DNA of 64,000 nucleotides from Gracilinanus agilis (Eukaryota). The translations under genes were made by a program, and so were the position numbers. How positions within the stretch are numbered: position 1 is the first letter of the stretch; each line of letters begins with the position of its first letter. Below the pieces are notes generated by a model. It was not told where the DNA came from. It saw only the letters and a list, made by a program, of their open reading frames with translations, and searched no databases. Positions 57,100 through 64,000 of this stretch are shown here, in pieces. The stretch covers positions 197,557,804 to 197,621,803 of the forward strand of contig NC_058134.1 in the NCBI RefSeq assembly GCF_016433145.1. Direction: 5' to 3'.

Positions 57100-58850
57100 T
57101 TTCTCCCACCCTTTTAGTTATAAGAGGCTTATGGATACTGGAAGCCATACTAAATACCAGAGTGCCCCCAACATCGAGTGCCCCATTTTCCATGGGAGAT
57201 TGCCAAGAATAGACATCCAAAGGAAGTACATCATAATTTCTTGGCCTGCATGGACCCTTTTGATAAACTCTATGTAACATATTCTGGATAGGACCAAATG
57301 GAAAAATCTTAGATTTGCTCAAAACATCCCGTCAAGTTAATATGGTGACCCTATAGAGATGAAAGATATTTCCTCTCTAGTGATGGAGTTGAGGGAGGTT
57401 AGAGTACTTTCCTATCTCCTTACAACTCCATGAGGCATATGTTAGGAGACCTATTGACATGGGCATTGTGTAGAGATGGCAGGGACCCTGTACCCCTTAA
57501 CTCAGACAGGCTGTGAACAGTGAAATCCCCTTCTCCCTTCCTGCCCCTGTGACTCCTAAGGCAAAGACTGTTATCCTTGAACATCCTTTAGGTTAAGATA
57601 GACAAAAAAGATAAACCTCCAGGCCACACCTTGATAGCCTAAGCCCAGAGGATCCCAGACATACCCTCCCCACCCACCTAAAGCCTGAGTGCAAGGAGTC
57701 ACGTGCACACTACTAGAAAGAATATAAAAATCCCTGAACTGGGACATCTGGGGAGAAACCCCTGACAGTTGCTCCATTCCTGCTGTGGTGCCGTGTTGTG
57801 GAGAGCAATCCCCCACGGCTGTTCCACTCATGTAGTCTCCCTGGCCATTGATCCTATCTTACTAATAAATCTTTCTCATTCCTCTCATTCCTGAGAAAGG
57901 TTTCCTTCCAGAACCCAAAGGTTCCCTGTTTGCACCCCTATAACACTATCTGGTGGCTTCCGTTAGGTTACAGGGAATAGATGAAAATCATCATACCCAT
58001 TACTGCAGATGTTATGGACTTTGTCAATGTGTTATACCATTTTGCTCAGACCCAGAAGGAATAGTATGGGGTTCCTGACCTTGTAAGCATTTCAAGAAGC
58101 TATTCTTACACTTAGACTTATTGGTAACAGGTTCCTTTCACTTGGGAAGGAGTCTAGTATATCTTCACCATTCTTCCCCAGGACTGCCTAAGTTTTTTTT
58201 TTTTTTTTTTTCCATACTACCACAGGGAAGAAATCTGAAAAAGAATTTCCTTCCTGAAGGCCTTGATGTACACTACTACATTGATTACATAATGCTGACT
58301 AGACCAGATAAAGCCATAGTGATAAAGGCCCTAGATTAAATGGTAGCTCAAATCCAGGAAAAGTTGTAGGAAATCAACCCTAAGAAAATTCAGAGTCCAA
58401 ACTATATAAAGTTTTGGGGAATATGATCATTGGGGAAAAATGCAGATGATTATGGATATGCTTCAGAATAAAATGATACTCCTCCATAATCTAAAAAAGA
58501 AGCCTAGTGGTTTATTGGACTCTTCGGGTTTTGGAAAACACAATCCTCCCCTGGGATTCCTAATAGCCCCTACTTACCAAGCCAGGGGAAAGTTTTATGA
58601 ATTTGAGTGAAGTCCAGAACAAACTACAGCCTTGGAAGACCTAACACAAGCTGTCCAACAGTTTCTATCTCTGGACCTTTAAGAGCCTGTGGGATCCATG
58701 TTTTTGCAAGTCTCTGTCCATGAAGACCAGGCAGAGTGGAGCTTTTGGAGATTCCTAGGGGTATCCAGATCAAATAACAACTATGCTTCTGGAGCTATAA
58801 ACACTTGAAATGGTCACTTGCCATCCTACTTTTTTTTTTTTTTTGGTAGA
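57100..58850 (+). mobile_element. Degenerate class III (ERVL-like) pro-pol relic split by a solo LTR
   Basis: Protease LMDTGS (57128-57145), SPYNS (about 57414), RT VHYYIDYIML (58268-58297), EINPKKIQSP (58370-58399), FIGLFGFWK (about 58511); multiple stops and frameshifts. Confidence 0.75.
57455..57945 (+). mobile_element. Solo LTR (491 bp)
   Basis: TG...CA ends; 4-bp TSD CTAT (57451-57454, 57946-57949); TATAAAA near 57723; AATAAA near 57864. Confidence 0.85.
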
Positions 58851-58972
58851 CAATGGGGGTCAAGTGACTTGCCCAGGGTGACACAGCTAGGAAGTGTCTG
58901 AGGCCAGATTTGAACCTAGGACCTCCCATCTCTAGGCCTAGCTCTCAATTCACTGAGCTACCCAGCTGCCCC
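58851..58972 (-). mobile_element. SINE1_Mdo-like SINE 5' part
   Basis: caatgggggtcaagtgacttgcccagg...ctacccagctgcccc. Confidence 0.85.
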
Positions 58973-59941
58973 CTGCTATACTACTTTTGAAAAGCATTTA
59001 CTTATCTGTTACTGGGCTTTAGGTGTTACTGGACAATTGAAATAAGGTGGTACAATTATTTTTTTTGTTGTTTTTGTTTTAGCATAACATGGAAAACCTT
59101 GAGTAATTCATTGGTTCTCCCCCACTCTGTGACACTCTCAAGGGGAAGGAATACTGTATCATTTAAAAAAGGAAACAACTTTCAGCTTTGTCTTCTTTCT
59201 TTTGTCACTCCAGGTAGAATCTGGCAATCATCTGGAACTTTCAGTGAGATATGGAAAAGAATTAGCCTTTCTCCTCTCTAGTATCATGGCAGTGGTATGA
59301 GGGAACTCAACTATATGAGCTTGTACCTGTGATCTTGTTGGTCTTTTCTGATTTTGTGCTTCTTCTTGTTGTTGCTTTTATATGAATGAGCATTCTTTGA
59401 TAGTCATGGCCAGTCCTGGAACCAACCTTGTGAGTTCAAGAGGTCTATAAGTTCTAGGTCACATCAAGTCAGAGGTGAGTAGTGACAAAGAAAGAGTATA
59501 AAATCATTGCAGAAAAGATTAAACATGGTTACAAATACCCAGACCTATGCACACAAAGACACAAAGAGTTTATTGTTGAAATGCATTAAACTTGACCAGG
59601 AAACACAGCTACAGGGAAAAGGTGGAGGAGGATAGAAGAGAGAGAAGAGTCATAAGCAAAACAAACTTCAATTTAGAGTTGAAAATCAAGTTAAGAGTGC
59701 TGTCTTAAAGAAGATGATTAAAAAGAGAAAGAAAGTGTAGGAATTAGAGATTCAAGTTTGGAATTTGGTAAAGTGAGGAGCAGCAGTAGAGTAGGAACAC
59801 ACAATTCAAATTATAGATAACTATTGTTAGTCTGATTCCTTTTCTTTCTCCACTCCTTTCTCTTAATGGGGGAGGAAGAGGAATGTAGAAGAAGGAAAAG
59901 AAAAAAGCACAAGAAGTTTTGATGGAAGGAAATGCTCAATT

Positions 59942-60055
59942 AATAATCATAACAGTCAATCTGCATGGGATGAACTCTCCCTTAAAGTGGAAGAAAGTAG
60001 CAGAATGGATTGCAAAGCAGAATTTAACAAAATGTGTTTTCAAAACAATACACAA
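59942..60055 (+). mobile_element. L1 ORF2 N-terminal endonuclease fragment
   Basis: Translation IIITVNLHGMNSPLKWKKVAEWIAKQN resembles LTLNVNGLNSPIKR..LAEWI. Confidence 0.75.
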
Positions 60056-60204
60056 ACCATGAACTATATTTGGAGTTTTCTTAGCAAAGATTCTGTAGTA
60101 TTTTGCCTTGGGTCATATAGCTAAGAAGGGTCTAAGACCAGATTCTATCTCTATATCTTCCATCTCTAGGTCTGACTTTCAATCCACTGAGCCACCTAGT
60201 CATT

Positions 60205-60500
60205 CTTTCAAATGATTTTTTAATTATTTTTTCTAGCTCAATAAAATAATATTTTGGTAATTTAACTGAAGTGGTGTTGAATAAGTAGATTAGTTTAAGT
60301 AAGATAATCATTTTAATTATATTGGCTCTGCCCATCCATTAACAATTAATATTTTTTCCAATTATTTAGATCTGTCTTTATTTGTGTAAAAAGTGTTTTA
60401 TAATTATGTTATGAGATTCCTGGGTTTGTTTTGGCAGATATATTCCCAGGTATTTTATTCTATCTCTGGTTATTTTAAATGGAATATCTCTTCTTGCAGG
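60205..60500 (-). mobile_element. L1 ORF2 fragment
   Basis: ORF 60132-60335 MGRANIIKMIILLKLIYLFNTTSVKLPKYYFIELEKII. Confidence 0.85.
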
Positions 60501-61057
60501 ACTTTTTAATAACTTTAAATATTATGTTTTTATAAGAAAATACAAAGTATCTAAAAAAAGATCAAATAAAAGAGAAAAAAAACTTGTGGAAAAAATATCA
60601 ATGTCTTATGTCTAAAAAATTCTAAGTAAAGGAAAAATAAAACTATAACAGGTCTTTGAATCAGGGCCCAATTAAAGTGATTTCTGTCCCACAAATCTGT
60701 AGGACAAAATGCAGTAATATTGTACTTACCCATTGACAGCCAAGACTACAGGAAGTTGTCATACTATAAGAAAGAAGAAAGGGACTAGATTTTTGTGTGA
60801 AAGGGAAGTGTCATTCCCTGGTCTGATTTACCTTCACTCTCAGGGATAGGGGGAGCCAGGATGATAGCCAAACTTTGGTACTTAATAGGTTGTGGTTCAG
60901 GGAAAACTTGCCTCTGACATATGTCAAAACTGGCCTCTGACATGTGTCAAAACAGCCACAACCCAAACAAGTTCAAGTCCTCTTGTCTTGGCTCAAAATT
61001 TCATCAATCCCACTGGGACTGGTTGGTCTCTTTGATCTTGTGCTCAACTGTCACTAT

Positions 61058-61671
61058 TGTAAGGGGGAAGTAGGGGTTTTATGAGTTCAATATATTAAAA
61101 GATGGTCGCCAGAGGATTGAACTATTATCAATCCTCAATTAAGAATAATCTCAAGTCAAATTGACTTTTATGGAAGTTTATTTACATGAGAAGAGAGAGA
61201 GAAAGTAAGGAAATAAGAATCTATCTCACTAATTAATCCAGGTAGATCTTAACCCTCAGCCGAGGGTTAAAGGGCCTGAGGCCCAGAGGTGAATAGAGCA
61301 AACTTCATTCACAGAGTCTATAAAAAGAAGTTTCTTAATAGAAGTTCAGGAAGATTCAGTCTTTAAACTCACTATGTGGAACGGTCTCGGTCACAAACCA
61401 GCAAAGCTCCCTCAGGTCCCCTTCACCAAACCAGAAGAAGCCTCACTCACTCAACTCCCTCTTTTAAAGGGGTCACGTACACGTCACTTCCAGTGTCTTC
61501 CCCTAGCCTGCATGTCCAATCACAATAGACGCTTTCTCATAGAAAGCTTTGATTCTGATTCGTTACTCACTCTAGCACACCTGGGTTAGGACCTCTCAGA
61601 ATTGGAAGGTGCTCTCACCTTTGGTGATTAAATCTAAAGATGGGCAGTGTAGACTTAATCTAATTATCACA
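61058..61671 (-). mobile_element. Solo LTR (614 bp, ERV1-type 4-bp TSD)
   Basis: TG...CA ends; TSD CTAT (61054-61057, 61672-61675); minus-strand AATAAA at 61177-61182. Confidence 0.85.
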
Positions 61672-61965
61672 CTATGCAGGTTAACTTCTGTGCTTCTTTG
61701 GCACTGTGCAATGGCTCTTTTTGCTTCTCTTCTCCTGGAATCAGACACAAGCATTAATCACAGTTCCATAATATTTATCAATAAATGGCAGGTTGCCATA
61801 ATCTAAAGCTTTTGTGTATGTGTTACTATTATAGCAAATATATTTTAAACTTATTTTACTGCAAAATAAAAAAAGATGAATATTGATAACACTTCAAGTA
61901 CAAAAATGAGAGAAAAAAGGAACTCAATACTGTATTGAAAAAAATTGTTTTAAACATCAAAAATA

Positions 61966-62171
61966 GGGGGCAGCTGGGTAGCTCAGTGGATTGAGAGCCA
62001 GGCCTAGAGACGGGAGGTCCTAGGTTCAAATCTGGCCTCAGACACTTCCTAGCTGTGTGACCCTGGGCAAGTCACTTGACCCCCATTGCCTACCCTTACC
62101 ACTCTTCTGCCTTGAAGCCAATATACAATATTGACTCCAAGAGTAAAGGTAAGGGTTTTAGAAAAAAAAAA
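61966..62171 (+). mobile_element. Young SINE1_Mdo-like SINE with 10-bp TSD
   Basis: TSD ATCAAAAATA at 61956-61965 and 62172-62181. Confidence 0.92.
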
Positions 62172-63004
62172 ATCAAAAATATATAGCTTACAATTAGTGG
62201 TTGCCATCATTGTAAAAATTAAAATGAATATATAATAATAACTTTAAATATTATGTTTTTATAACATTTATTAATAATCACTAGGAGTAAGAAATAAAAA
62301 GGTAACAAAATAAAACCACATGCCCATGCTAATCTACCTATTCAAACAGCCTGTGTTCCCAGCTGCAAGCCATTATAGGAAGGAAAGAGCTAGCCCCTGA
62401 AGACCATCCAATTTATCCCCCTGTCTACATCAGCATATAACGCCAGGAAGTCAGTGGGGTCTTGGGAAACGTAGTTCAAAGGCACAAAATTTCCAATAGC
62501 AAATTCCCCCCTGAGATCCGTGGAAGACTGGTCTCTTCAATGGATCTTGTAAACATAACCAACTTTTAAATTACAATAATTTTGGGATAAAAGGAAAAAA
62601 AAGAACAAAACCAATGATTGTTAGGCACACTGACAAAAAGCCAATTACGGGGCAGTGCCCTTTAGCATAAGAGTGTACATTCAAAACAAATACATCTGGG
62701 GGCATCAGGGTGACTCAGTGGATTGAGAGTCTGACCCAGAAATGGGAGGTCCTGAGTTAAAATCTGGCCTCAATTTGACCCCCATTGCCTACCCTGACCA
62801 ATCTTCTGCCTTGAAACCAATACACAGTATTGATTTTATGATGAAATATGAGGGTTTTTTAAAAACCAGAGGGATTTAGTGGGAAAATGATCGTTTCAGA
62901 GAGGGCCCAAATTTGAATTCTGATACTGTTATTATCAGACTCTGGAAATAGTCTGAGTTCTCCCCTTAGTCCTGTTTTACAGCAGACCTAGGGAAGATCT
63001 ACAC

Positions 63005-63400
63005 GTCTCACCATTTGAAATGTTGTTTGGACGTCCCCCCATAGAGGCTGAGCCTTTCCACACACACACACACACCATTTCTAGGCGGGGGACACTTCTC
63101 TTGCTTCTTATATACAGGATTTGCAGATCCATTTCCATGAACTGCATGAATCTGGAGCTGCAGGTCAGGCTGGACCTCTAGACTTCTCCCTCCAGGATCC
63201 TCACCCAGGAGACAAGACGTATCTAAAGAATTTCCAGCACACTGGAGGAACTCCACCTGCTTGGGAAGGTATTCCTAAATCCTGTAAGTATTGTTAACTA
63301 CTTCGACAGCTATCAAAATTGGAGGAAAGGAGTCGCAGATTCTTTGTTCACCTGTAAAACAGGTACCTTCTCCCATCACACATCCTGCATTTATTGCTTG
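63005..63400 (+). mobile_element. ERV1 (gammaretrovirus-like) integrase C-terminal relic
   Basis: SPFEMLFGRPP (63008-63040) and VLLTTSTAIKIGGKESQI (63288-63341) match integrase C-terminal motifs SPFEMLYGRP and VLLTTPTAVKV; interrupted by a CA repeat. Confidence 0.75.
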
Positions 63401-64000
63401 TTTCTTTGGGGCTTTGGTTTTGCTTTAAGTTTATGAAATAATCTAATCTAGGGTTTTCTGTTACACAATGTTGCCTCTAGTTAGGATGTTTTGGCTCTTA
63501 GCTATAAATTCTGTTACATTGTCTTCATTTGTCTCTTCTCACAACTAGACAAGGGATAACGCTCTTATAAAAGTCCATGGAGAAGTCAGACAAAGTCTCT
63601 CTCAAGGCAAAGCCATCGGTCCTTATGGATGGTTGGTCTGTCACCAGATCCATCAGAGCTCCATTTTGTCACGGACAACAGTTCCAGGCCAGAGGAATGA
63701 GACTTTGCCACAACTTGCACCCCAGGAAGGTCGGGTGTTACCCAAAAAACCTTTTCCCGCTTTGGCTTTTGTTACATGTCACATAAATAGTGATAGATGG
63801 ACTCCACCAAACTGGTTACATCCTGTATCATTGGTCTTCGAGAAATTTAAAGATTTGAAAATCTCCGTTGATTTGAACAGGTCTTCTGACTTGTTTTTCA
63901 GATACTCGGGAGCCCCACGACCCCCGATCAGTCGGGTGCCTACCTTTGACTTGTGCATGGAGAGAGGAAAGTGTTCATTGAGGAGGAGGCGTGCGGGCCA

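Noticed and set aside
1-64000. CRISPR arrays, operons, tRNA or rRNA genes
   Set aside because: The sequence is a mammalian intron-containing locus; tRNA-like A/B boxes belong to SINE heads, not tRNA genes.

Overview
Eukaryotic genomic DNA, most likely from a marsupial (didelphid opossum such as Monodelphis), judged from abundant SINE1_Mdo-like, MAR1, RTE and hAT elements. The window is syntenic to human 12p13.31 and holds three complete protein-coding genes whose exons I resolved to the base. PHB2 is on the minus strand (10 coding exons including a 6-nt microexon, 299 aa). It is head-to-head with EMG1 on the plus strand (6 exons, 244 aa). EMG1 is tail-to-tail with LPCAT3 on the minus strand (12 coding exons plus one non-coding exon, 486 aa, 31-kb intron 1). 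PHB2 intron 6 is an AT-AC minor-spliceosome intron hosting the composite C/D-H/ACA scaRNA SCARNA12/U89, and EMG1 intron 2 appears to be a GT-AG minor intron. The rest is layered repeats: L1, L2, L3/CR1, RTE, SINEs, six CAGTGATGG-ended hAT MITEs, ERV relics and solo LTRs, plus an assembly gap with a duplicated contig end. No wholly new gene system is evident. The most promising hypothesis is that the 5' C/D part of SCARNA12 guides U5 Gm37 methylation. A DR4 LXR-type element upstream of LPCAT3, a promoter-like CpG island in LPCAT3 intron 1 and a locally templated insertion also deserve follow-up. Comparisons to human, U5 and repeat consensus sequences rely on memory and were not computed.
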